From Salpingoeca rosetta (taxonomy: Eukaryota; Protista; Choanoflagellata), in contig JAWQFM010000003.1 in assembly GCA_033442325.1 (NCBI GenBank), positions 2,411,970 through 2,475,969 on the forward strand: DNA of 64,000 nt, read 5' to 3'. Shown here piece by piece: positions 53,117 through 64,000 of the stretch. The notes under the pieces were generated by a model that saw nothing but the letters and a program-made list of their open reading frames with translations, was not told the DNA's origin and did no database searches. Position numbers and translations under genes: made by a program. Every line of letters begins with the position of its first letter. The stretch's first letter is position 1.

Positions 53117-53951
53117 TGTGTGTGTGTCTGTCTGTCGGCCTGCCTGCCTGCCAATCTCCCTACATGTCTGCTTGCCGCACTCCCTACATGCCTGCCTGCC
53201 AATCTCCCTTACAGCCAGTGTACACTTGGAACTCTGCCGAACCCTCACCCTGTTGCACGTTTCACTCCTCTCGCAACCAGACTACGTTTGGCGCAGCAGC
53301 CGGGCAGCCAAGGCGCCCAGCAAGCCGCCAATGGTGACGAAGACGAGGGCGACGATGACGTCTCGAGTGGCGAGAACAGCGAAGATGATGACGAGCTCGT
53401 GCGCCAGGAGTCAGACCACCCGCCAGCACCACTCGACGACGACGACGACAACGACGACAACGACAATGTCGGAGCAGAGACCACTGCTGCGACTGGTGAC
53501 GGCAATCTCCCGGTGCAGAAGGGCCCTGTCCTCTACTTTCAAGCAGGGCACGTTGCTTTCTACGTGTGTCTGTGTGTGTGTCTGTGTGTCTGTGTCTGTG
53601 TCTGTTTGTGTCTGTCTATGTGTGTGTGTGTGTCTGTGTGTGTGTCTGTATCTATGTGTCTGTGTCTGTGTGTCTGTGTCTGTGTGTGTCTGTGTGTGTC
53701 TGTGTGTGCAACCGGAGTTTGGTGTGGCTGTGACTCAACCTGCGTATGCCTGAAACCTCATGCGTTTCCACCGCTGGCTCGATCGGTTCGAACAGGAAAG
53801 AGAGCGCGAACACGTGGTGCTCCATCTATCGCGATGTGCTCCCGAGCCGTGGTAAGTACACCACCATCGCTCACTTCTCCAACAACGTTGCATGCAAGCA
53901 AGCTTGCTCTCCAGGCTGGCATGCACCCTTGCTTGCGTGCCTTCAGCTTGT

Positions 53952-54035
<84 letters not shown>

Positions 54036-54579
54036 GTTCACGCGCATCGTTCACACATGCATATGGCACTCCCTCTTTGAGGACAGGCGTGGATGTTGGC
54101 ACGCACGTGGTTGAGGAGGAGATCCGGTCCCTGCCGACAGCGGGTCCGTGGGCGTTCTTCATGCTCGCTGGCGGCCACTTTGCAGGCGCCATTGTCAACC
54201 GCGGCCAGAGTCAGTCGAGTGCTCTGTGTCTGTGTGTCTGTGCGTCTGTGTGTCTGTCTGTGTCTGTGTCTGTGTCTGTGTGTCTGTGTGTGTTCTGGTA
54301 CTGTGTGTCTGTGTGTGTTCTGGTACTGTTGTTTTCCTCCATCCGCACTGACCATTGTCCCAACCTTCCTTGCACCTGCGACCTCATTCACCTGCCGTTG
54401 CACGTGCGTGTGCGTGTGTGTGCGTGTGTGTGCGTGTGTGCAGTCCAACACCACAAGTGCTTCCACCGCTATGTTGTTCGCGCCAAACGCGGCACTGTGC
54501 AGTCTGTACGCGATGCGAAAAGCGGGACGTCACAGCCCAAATCCGCTGGATCAAACCTTCGCCGCTACAATGAGGTCTG

Positions 54580-54613
<34 letters not shown>

Positions 54614-55643
54614 GTGTGTGTGTGTGTGTTTATGTCTGTCTGTCTGTCTGCCTGTCTGTCTGTCCGTCTGTCTGTCTGTCAGTCTGTCTGCCTGTCTGTC
54701 TGTCTGTCTGTGTCTCCTGATTGCAGGAATCGCAGGAAGCCCGACCGCTGTGCGTGCGTTATCATCGCTTTTGTTGACTCTCACGCATGAGTGCAACCTG
54801 CATCCCACAGCAACAACTGCGGCAAGACATCGAGGGCCTGCTCAGGGAATGGAAGCCGTATCTTGCATCATGCACGGTGAGAAGCGCATCGTCGTGAGAC
54901 CATACAATCACACACACACATACACACACATACACACACACACTCTCTCTCTCTCTCGCCCGCAACTGCGTTGCAACGCCGCTAGCCATCATCATCATCA
55001 TCATCATCATCATCGTCGTCGTCATCATCATCGTCATCATCATCATCATCGTCAACATTACCCATCAGGTGATCTTCCACCGCACATCTGTGCACAATCG
55101 GTCGTTCATCTTCCAGTCCGCAAAACAGCAGAAGAAGACGGGAACAAGTGATGAATCGGGTGAGCACACGCTCGTGTCGTTGCGAACTGTCACAGTGGTC
55201 CATGATTGCCCATTGCTGTGATGAGTTGTACGCCTGCACCTGCACACTCACAAAATCACATACACACTCACTCACAATCTCACTCACAATCTCACTCACA
55301 ATCTCACTCACAATCTCACTCACAATCTCACTCACAATCTCACTCACGCGCACAATCTCGCTCGCTCGCACCATGTGTGCAGATCTGCTGGTGCGCAATG
55401 ACCCCCGCATCCGCACGGTCCCGTTCCCGACACAGCGGCCCACGCTCAAGGAGATTGCACGCGTGTATGCGCTTCTCACTTGCATCAACGTGCTCGATGG
55501 TACGTGCTGGGGTGACGGGATGGTGGTGGTCGCGAATGTTGTCGTAGCTGCACATGTGTGATTGCAGTTACACGTGTGCGGTTATTGGCACTTATTGTAG
55601 GGGACTTGTGCCGTACACAGAATATGCAGTGTGCACAAGCACA

Positions 55644-55698
<55 letters not shown>

Positions 55699-56027
55699 GC
55701 ATACACACACGCATACACGCACGCACGCACACACACACACACACACACACAAGCACGTGACGCTTCATATCTGAACACGATTGCAACGTGCTGCTGCCAT
55801 CCCTCTACTCAGGGGAGCCCGCTTTCATTCGCAAGCACCGCGAGCAGACGGAGCAGTCAAAGACAACGGGCGACGCTGCGCAGCAACAGCAACACAAAGA
55901 AGAACAGCGCAAACAGAGGGAGGAGAACGATGCCGAGAAGAAGCATGCCGGTGCACAGCAGTCGGCGGTTGTTGCATCCACGCAAACGATTCTGTACAAA
56001 GCATGTCTCAAAGGCGACATTGGCAAG
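52738..56027 (+). CDS. ANKZF1: ANKZF1/Vms1-like peptidyl-tRNA endonuclease (VLRF1 domain); 3' end unresolved
   Basis: Spliced exons give [37 protein letters not shown]...[51 protein letters not shown], then the start of an ankyrin repeat LYKACLKGD followed by a donor at 56028. Confidence 0.85.
55262..55346. repeat. 12-bp minisatellite (CTCACTCACAAT)n, intronic
   Basis: About six to seven tandem copies are visible before the acceptor at ~55382. Confidence 0.9.
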
Positions 56028-56048
56028 GTTGGTCGGGTCGTGGTGTGT

Positions 56049-56138
<90 letters not shown>

Positions 56139-56794
56139 GTGTGTGTGGGTGGGTGCGTGTGTGGGTACGTCTGTCTAACTGTCTGTTTGTCCGCCTGTAT
56201 TTCTGTGTGTGTGAGTGTGTGTGTGCTTGTTCACACACCAGCCCTTAACATGAGATGTCAACACTCCATCGGTCAATAAGCAACAAGTACAAGCAACAAA
56301 GCCGCAAGAATCCGCAGTTGCAGGTTCAATTGAAGGTTCAATTGTTGCACGTTTACCACGACGTGGCAACCACCAAAGAACGCAAACGCAACCGATTTGC
56401 AACAGTTAACAGCAGCTCACAATAACGCAACGCGTGTGATGTGAAATGAAATGAACAACAGAACACGATGAATGAATGAAAGAAGGAAAGCATACACCCT
56501 CAGTTCGGGGCATAAGAAAGCGCATGAAGTATGTTAAAACAGCGAGTGGGCAAGATGCTGAAGACAACCCACACTCTCATACGCTCACTCTCATACGCTC
56601 ACACGCTCACGCACCGACACACGTCCTCGCTTTCTGTCACACACACACGCACACACACACACACGCACACACACACACACAAATCACACTCACACTCACA
56701 CACACACATATCTCATATCACACACACATCTCAAATCACACACACACATATCTCAAATCACACACACACACATCTCAAATCACACATACTGCAT

Positions 56795-57342
56795 CTAGCG
56801 CGTGTCATCAAGACCGTGCACCTCAAGATATCCCTCCTCGTGCATGTCCGTGTCCATGTTCAGATCAAGCTCCTCATAACCGGTGTCGTCGTCACTGCCA
56901 TACGCATATGCGCCCATGGCGTAGTCGTACTCGTTCTCGCGCGGGGCAATACCACCCAAGTTGTCGTAGCCACCACCATCGTTGACACGACCGCCAGCAC
57001 CAATACCGCCACCGTGCTCATCGTCACTGCTCTGCGCCAGGTCGTCATACAGCGGGTTGGTGAATCCGTGCTGCTGGGTGCGCGGGCTCTTGCCACCTGC
57101 GTTGATGATGGTGGTGCTGCGGCGGCGGCCGTAAGCAGCAAACGCAAGCACAGCCAGCACCACAATGATGATGACAACAACAACAGGGACCACAACAGCG
57201 GTTGTCTTGTTCGTTGAGGATGATGATGAGGAGGCGGGGTCCGTTGTTGTCAGCCCGGAGCGCGTGGTCTTGGCAGCGGCAATGGTGGTCGTGCTGTTAC
57301 CCGCGCCGCTTGTTGTGTTTGTGGTCGAAGACATGGTCGCAG

Positions 57343-57431
<89 letters not shown>

Positions 57432-60269
57432 GGGCTGTTGATGTCAATCGTCGTCGTTGTCGAGCCTGCCGCCGCATTCGTCGTCGTCGTCGTGGGTGCC
57501 ACTGTTGTCGGTGTGTTTGTTGGCATTGCCGTTGTGGCAGTGGTTTTGGTTGTCGTTGTGGTGGTTGTTGTTGTGGTGGTGGTTGTGGTTGTCGATGTCG
57601 TTGTCGTCGTTGTCGTCGTGGTTGTTGTCGTGGTGCCGAGGTCGGGCAGCGCTAAGAGAAGGTCGATCCCGTGCAGCACTCCGTTTGCAGCCACAACATC
57701 AGCGATCACCACAGTCGCCACGCCGTTCTCGCCCGTGACCGTCACCGTGCCGTTTGCTGTCTTGTTCAGCAGAAGCGTGTTGCCTGCAAGCATCGTGTCC
57801 ACCACCACGCTCTGGCCCTCGACAAGATCAGACGAGAGGAGAGCTTGGCCAGCGACAACGTGTGCCTGAAGCGCGCGCACAAGGCTGGTCATGTTGTCGG
57901 GGTGGGTGAGCACAGGCTGTGGCAGCTTGGCAAAGGCGGCGTTGGTCGGCGCAAACACCGTGACGTTCTGGTCCAGTGACTGCAGCAGTGGCAGCAGCTG
58001 TGCAGACCTGAGCAGCCGCACCAGTGTTGAGAAGCGGTCGTCAGCGGATGCAACGTCCAGCAGCGATTGCTTGCCTGCAGGCATCGTCGTGGTGCTGGTG
58101 GGCGGGGCGGGCGGCAGCAGCAGCACGGCGTCAATCACATACAGCACACCGTTAACGGCCGGAATGGCACTGCCAACGACAGTTGCAGCACCGACTTTGA
58201 GCGTACCGTTGATGCCGACAGCGATGTCAACATCATCACCCGACCTCGTGGTGAGCTGCGCGAGTGTGCGAAGCGTCATCTCATCAAAACTGCCGTCAGC
58301 CTGGTGGTACAACAGTGCGCGCGTGAGCAAGGACGTGTTGTTGCTCAGCAGCGCGAGGATGCCTGGTGGGACCATGGCAAAAGCTGCGTCTGTAGGGGCG
58401 AAGATGGTGGTGACCTTGCTGCCAGCGCTGTCATCAAGGGTGGTGGTCATGTTGGCGCTGAACAGCAATGCCTGCAGCGTGGTGTGCTGCGGCGAGTTTG
58501 AGATGATCCCAAACAGCGTCTGCGAGCCTTGGGGCGGCGCTGTTGTGGAGGAGGAAGAAGAGGTGGCGGAAACGTCCGGAAGCACCGGCGGCAGCAGCAG
58601 CCGCTCAAGCACGTGGATGACACCGTTGCTGGCCGCCACGTCCGCACCGACAACAGCAACACCGTTGATCAAGACAGAGGCAGCGCCATTGCCATTGCTA
58701 CTGACCGCCACACTCAGATTGCCGTTGCCGAGTGGCTGCAGCTGCATCCCGTCCACCAGCGCAGACGAGGCGTACGTGCCGGCAACAACGTGGTAGGTGA
58801 GGATGGCGCGAAGCACAGGCCTGTATCGTGGCAGAAGCAGATCGTCCAGGGTGAGGCCGTTGGGCAGCGTGGTGGCGGCAAACGCAGCGTCGCTGGGAGC
58901 AAAGAGGGTGTAGGGCCCCGGGAGGGCGAGGGTGGTGGTCAGGTCAGCTGCGTCAAGTGCGGAGAGGAGGGTGGCGAAGGTGGCGGTGGTGGGCTGGGCC
59001 TTGAGCATCTCCACGATGGTCGGTGCATCAAAGCTGCTGGGAAAGAGGACGCCCCCGAGGGTGTGCATGGCGCCGTTGCCGGCTGCAGAGTCGATGGTGA
59101 GCACGCGGGCGGCTTCAACGAAGCTGCCGTCGTCGTTGACGGTGATGGTGAGCTGCTGGCCCTCGACCGTCTGCAGCGTCATACCGCTGCGCACGCGGAA
59201 GCTTGGTCGCTCCTCCGGCACAATGTGGTAGGAGATGATCTTGACCAGCTCGTCCTTGGCGTCTGGCGTCGAGAGGTAGTCGATGTAGCCCTTTGGCAGG
59301 GCCGCGAACGCGCTGTTGGTTGGCGCAAACACGGTGAAGGGCCCGTCCTGGCTGAGCAGCGCATCAAGGCCCGAGAGGTCGATCAGGCGCGCAAACGTGG
59401 ACAGCTCTGCGTCGTTGTCGATGGTGTCCAGCAGCGTCTCGTCGTCCGTGTCGAACATCTTGAAGGCAAAGAAGCTGCTTGTGCTGTAGCTCAGCCCGAG
59501 CGTGAAGTAGGCGTTGGCCACGTCGCCATAACGCGCTGTGACTGCATAGTAGAAGTCTCTGTAGTTGAGGCTGACGGGCACACGGTCATAGCTGGTGCCA
59601 TCATCGTCAAGCAGCTCAATCAGCAAGGTATCCTGCAAGGAAGCACACACGTTTATGTGTTTGTGTGTGTTTGTGTGTTTGTGTGTGTTTGTGTGTGTTT
59701 GTGTGTGTTTGTGTGTGTTTGTGTGTATGTGAGGGAGGCGGAGTGGGGGTAAGGTTGTGTGGGGTGCAAAAGGTGTGTTGCTGTGTGAAACAGTGTGCTT
59801 GAGGCTGGCGATTGCCCGTCAAGGAGCAGGGGTGGTTGCGTGTATGTGTGTCTGCGCATGGAAACTTCAAGTGAATGCCATGAATGGTGGGCTGGTCACA
59901 GGCCAGCCAGGGGCGTGGTCGGAACGTACATCATCGTCGGCGTCGGGGAAGACAATGGTGCCTTCTTCACGGGTCCACGTTGGGTTTGGGTTGTTCTCTG
60001 TGGTGCGGACGAGCTGTGTTAGGTTCTCAAACGTCACGCGAACCACGAGGTCCGTGTGCGTAAAAAAGTCATACGCAGGGACGTTTCTGGCCAGCAAGGC
60101 GCGAAACGTCACAGAACCTGGTGCGTGCGGGGGTGTGAGTTGTGGTCGGGTGAGTGAGGGGTGAGGTGGAGGGGGGCAATAGTCAGTGGCACAGCGGACA
60201 CGGCGGCAGCGGCACGATGACATGGTGTTTGGCAAACGACGTCATGTCACATCACATCGCCACACACGC

Positions 60270-60301
<32 letters not shown>

Positions 60302-60376
60302 CGCCAACACACCTTGCGCTGTGGAAACGACACACGCCAAAAGCGCCACAAACGCGACAAACGCGGTCCGCGTCAT
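56795..60376 (-). CDS. Type I membrane protein: signal peptide, C2-like domain, four fasciclin (FAS1) domains, Thr-rich mucin stalk, TM helix, Tyr-motif tail
   Basis: Exon 1 (60376-60313) MTRTAFVAFVALLACVVSTAQ. Exon 2 (~60117-59930) and exon 3 (~59632-56795) encode ARNVPAYD..TDLVVRV..NNPNPTW..LLIELLDDD (C2-like) and four FAS1 repeats (TVFAPTNSAF, TLFAPSDAAF, TIFAPTDAAF, TVFAPTNAAF, each with an NG(V/A)xH/Y H2 motif). Then poly-Thr, the TM segment VVVPVVVVIIIVVLAVLAFAAY-GRRR, and a tail with FTNPLY. Confidence 0.9.
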
Positions 60377-60686
60377 TGTTGTTGTTGTGTGGGGGCTGCA
60401 ATGGTTTGTGTGGATGGCTGGGCTGCAAGCTAGCGATGATTATGATGGGGGATGAAGAAAACACGAGTCGCGCACACGAAGGCAACGCAGTCAGCGAATG
60501 CGAATGGTGGTGCGATGGTGGGGAGGAGCAACAAAACGCGCAACGATGACGACGTCTCATCTGTAACATTTTCCATTAATTTTCTTGCCAGTCGACGAAC
60601 GACAAACGACACACAAACAAACACAAGCAAGGCAGCAGAACACCGACACCGCAGCCAGCGAGCGAGAGCAAGCGAGAGCAAGCACG

Positions 60687-61860
60687 ATGGCGGTGTTTGG
60701 ATTGAGCTTGGTGGAGGCTGGGTTGACGGTTGGCCCTTTGCTTGGCGGATTCGCCAGTGCTTTCCACACCCGAGGGGAGACCAAGACATGGTACAAGACG
60801 ATCCAGCTTCCCTGGTTCACTCCTCCCTCATGGGTAAGGCCGTGGGGTGTGTGTGTGTGTGTGTGTGTATGTGAGTGTGTGTGTGAGTGTGTGAGTGTGT
60901 GTGTGAGTGTGTGTGTCTGTGTGTGTGTGTGTCTGTGTGTCTGTGTGTGTGGGTGTGTCTGTGTGAGGTGTCCGCACTACATGCATGCATGTCTGTGTGT
61001 GTGTGTGTGTGTGTATGAGTGTGTGTTTGAATGGTTAGGTGTGGTGTCCACAATGCATACATGCATGCATGCGTGCACGTCTGTGTATGTGTGTGTTTGT
61101 GTGTGTAAGAGCACGTTCTCTTCCCTGCTTGTGCTATGTTTCTTTGACAGTAACCCCCATCCTGCTCCACTCCACTCTTTCCGCTGTGCTTGCAGGTGTT
61201 CCCACCGGTGTGGTCGTCCCTGTACCTTGGCATGGGCTATGCCTCGTGCCTGGTGCTCAAGGAGAGCGAGGGTGATTTTGCACGACACTCGCTTGCTTGG
61301 GGCCTTTATGCCTCACAGCTGGCACTGAACCTCTCTTGGTCCACGGTACGTCTGCACCAGTCGTTTCGTACGCATGTGCGTGTGTCTATTCATGTGTGTG
61401 TGTGTGTGTTTGTGTCTGTGTCTGTGCACCTGTACTTGTGTGTCTGTGCACCTGTACTTGTGTGTGTCCGTGCACCTGTACTTGTGTGTGTCCGTGCGCG
61501 GCTTTTGCGTGTTTGCTTTTCCACCCACACTCTCCCACACACAAGGATGCACACACATGCTGCCTCTCACTCGCTGTTATCAACCCTTGTGCTTTCAATC
61601 GTTTTCATGACACATTGCCGCGGTTGATCCAGATCTTCTTCAAGAAGCACCAGATTGCGTATGGCCTGGCAAACGTGTGTGTGCAGCTGCCGCTGGCTGC
61701 GTGGTGCGCGTTGGAGTTCCGGCGCATTGTTCCCAAGACGGCGCTGTTCATGAGCCCGCTCATTGCGTGGCTCTCCGTTGCCGCAATCATCAACTATGAG
61801 GTCTGGCGCCTCAACCCCAACAGGCGCTACGGCGAACCCCCTGCCAACAAGTCTGCCTGA
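60687..61860 (+). CDS. TSPO: Translocator protein (TspO/MBR family)
   Basis: Exons 60687-60833, 61196-61346, 61633-61860: WYKTIQLPWFTPPSW|VFPPVWSSLYLGMGYASCLV, LYASQLALNLSWST|IFF, LFMSPLIAWLSVAAIINYEVWRLN. Confidence 0.93.
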
Positions 61861-61908
61861 GGCGAGAGCACTTGAAGGGAACAGTCTGTCTTGGCTGTGT
61901 CTGTCTGT

Positions 61909-61963
<55 letters not shown>

Positions 61964-62465
61964 TGTGTCTGTGTCTGTATCTCTGTGCGTGTCTGTTGTG
62001 TCTGTGTCTGTGTCTGTGTCTCTGTGTGTGTCTGTTGTGTGCGTGTCTGTTGTGTGTGTGTGTGTGTGTGATCTAATATGAACTGCCTCTTCCCCCCCCC
62101 CTGAAATGGTGGCTGCCGACCCTGGTATCATCACTCGTATCACGTGGTGTGCTGCTGTCGGTTACAATTTACACTCCGTGATACCAACGACGAAAGCAAA
62201 AAGCAAGCACGGGCACGGCACGAAGGAGCGAGAGAACGAAACAAAGCAGGGAAGCAGAGAAGACGACAGTGATGTGATGATGCTCCAAGCAGGGTCAAAT
62301 CCGGTACCAATTGCAGCAACGGCAGCACAAAAGCAAAAAAGCACACACACACACACACACACGCACACTGTGCCTATCGGCAAGCAAGCCAACACGAAGC
62401 GAGACACACGAAACATATGTACACGCAAGACAGACCAAGGCAAAACGGGAACAGCCCTGAGGGTT

Positions 62466-62887
62466 TCATTCAAACTCGTTGTCTGGCTTGATGTGCTTGT
62501 CACGTTCACTGGTTATCGGGCGAAGAACGACGGGGAGACAGTGGACAGTCCATCGTGTGTGTGTGTGTGTGTGTGAGTGTGTGTGAACATGGATGCGAGG
62601 ACACGAGGACAAGGATGCGAGGCAGCGCATTGCAGAACAACGAACAAACACGGCAGCCATCGATATGGAAGGAGAGAAGCAAACGAGGTCCACACACGCA
62701 CACATCAAATCACACACTCTTCATGTACGTACCTTTGCGGGAATCGTTCGTCCGCGTTTTTGTCCTTCTCCTCCTCTTTGCGCGCATGTATCAAGTCGTG
62801 CAGCAGCCCGTCACTCGGTATCTGCACACACACACACATACGCACGCATGGTGAGTGGAAAAGGGAAGAGCAGAGTGAGGCCGTGCA

Positions 62888-62939
<52 letters not shown>

Positions 62940-63205
62940 ACACACAACACAAATGAGCGCACGTGTGCGGGCCCTACCTCTTGCATCATGACGCTCGGCA
63001 CTGCCTCAATCTGTTTGAGATGAAGATCAATCTGGGCAAGGAGGCGATCCACGTACTCCTTCGTGTTCTCGTTCTCAAACGACGTCGACATGTCTGGGTG
63101 CAACGAAAAGTCCGGGCCAAAGAACGGAAAGTACTCTGCAGTGCAGCCATGCAATGCGCGTGTTTACGTTTACGTGTGTGTGTACGTGTGTGTGTGTGTG
63201 TGTGT

Positions 63206-63277
<72 letters not shown>

Positions 63278-63540
63278 GTGTGCGTGTGTGTGTGTGTGCG
63301 TACAAGTGACCAAATATCCGGCGAAAAACGCGAGCAAAGATGAGAAAGCGCAGAAATCGAAAGAGGTCGCCCACGCAACGTTCCCTGTAGCACCCATCAT
63401 CACAACCACTACCACCAGCACCATCGCCACCTGCGCACACCTCCAAATGGAATCTCGTTGGACAGCTCGGCACCAACCAGCAGCCCCGTCTCATATGTCC
63501 TGTGCCAACACGCATCCAAGACACAATTACGACACCGGGC

Positions 63541-63620
<80 letters not shown>

Positions 63621-64000
63621 CTCGGGAAACTGGGCGCTTTTTTAGGCCCCATCCCTTGTATTGCCTTGGGGCGCCATGCCACACGCAGTAGTTAAAAATG
63701 GCAAGCAGACTAGTCCACTACCTACTCCTAAGCAGTCTCCAACTTGAAATACATGCGTTGTTAATGTACCGGCTCCGCCGACTAACCGAAATTATGTTTA
63801 ACGCATGGATAAAAAACGTGGTCGACATATTAAGCCCATGTAGAATACCTTTTCCTGGGGCCGGTTTCTGTTGCTGATACTTCGAGCGATAGAGAAGTCC
63901 CAAACTGGTGTGGAAGTCCTACCAACAGACTGTCCATCCCCATCCCACCCCGTTCCCCCATCTCACCAGCAGCGCGCGACGTTGCGGATGGTGTAGCCGC
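62466..64000 (-). CDS. HDAC3: Class I histone deacetylase, HDAC3-like (3' part; gene continues beyond the window)
   Basis: Exons 64000-63967 (GYTIRNVARCW), ~63498-63432 (TYETGLLVGAELSNEIPFG), 63136-62978 (EYFPFFGPDFSLHPDMSTSFENENTKEY...VPSVMMQE), 62821-62733 and 62508-62466. The FxLHPD insertion is typical of HDAC3. Confidence 0.88.

Overview
Gene-dense eukaryotic genomic DNA with short, microsatellite-filled spliceosomal introns ((GT)n/(CA)n; donors typically GTGCGT/GTGAGT/GTACGT). The style and gene content suggest a choanoflagellate such as Salpingoeca rosetta (inference). Most ORFs in the supplied track are translations of dinucleotide repeats or antisense shadows. I spliced the gene models by eye, so exon boundaries are approximate. 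In order: partial PHF20-like Tudor/PHD gene (+); a giant ~4,300 aa DUF3638/DUF3645 protein (-) with a SecA-like SF2 ATPase motif set, thioredoxin, 2 UBA, EF-hand and 2 NZF domains; SETD8-like H4K20 methyltransferase (+); V-ATPase D (-); CZIB/DUF866 lacking its CXXC motifs (+); a mitochondrial carrier (-); LSm4 (+); CFAP299 (-); NVL AAA-ATPase (+); an orphan 3' fragment of an SLC25A32-like carrier (-); Rab7 (-); TRIT1 (-); ANKZF1/Vms1 (+); a signal peptide-C2-4xFAS1-mucin-TM receptor with a Tyr-motif tail (-); TSPO (+); and the 3' part of HDAC3 (-). Twelve genes sit in six head-to-head pairs. The best candidates for new biology are the giant ubiquitin/redox/Ca2+-linked ATPase, the C2-fasciclin receptor, and a 5'-(GT)n...(CA)n-3' polarity inside introns. 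A few short segments look compositionally foreign and may be gap-fill artefacts.
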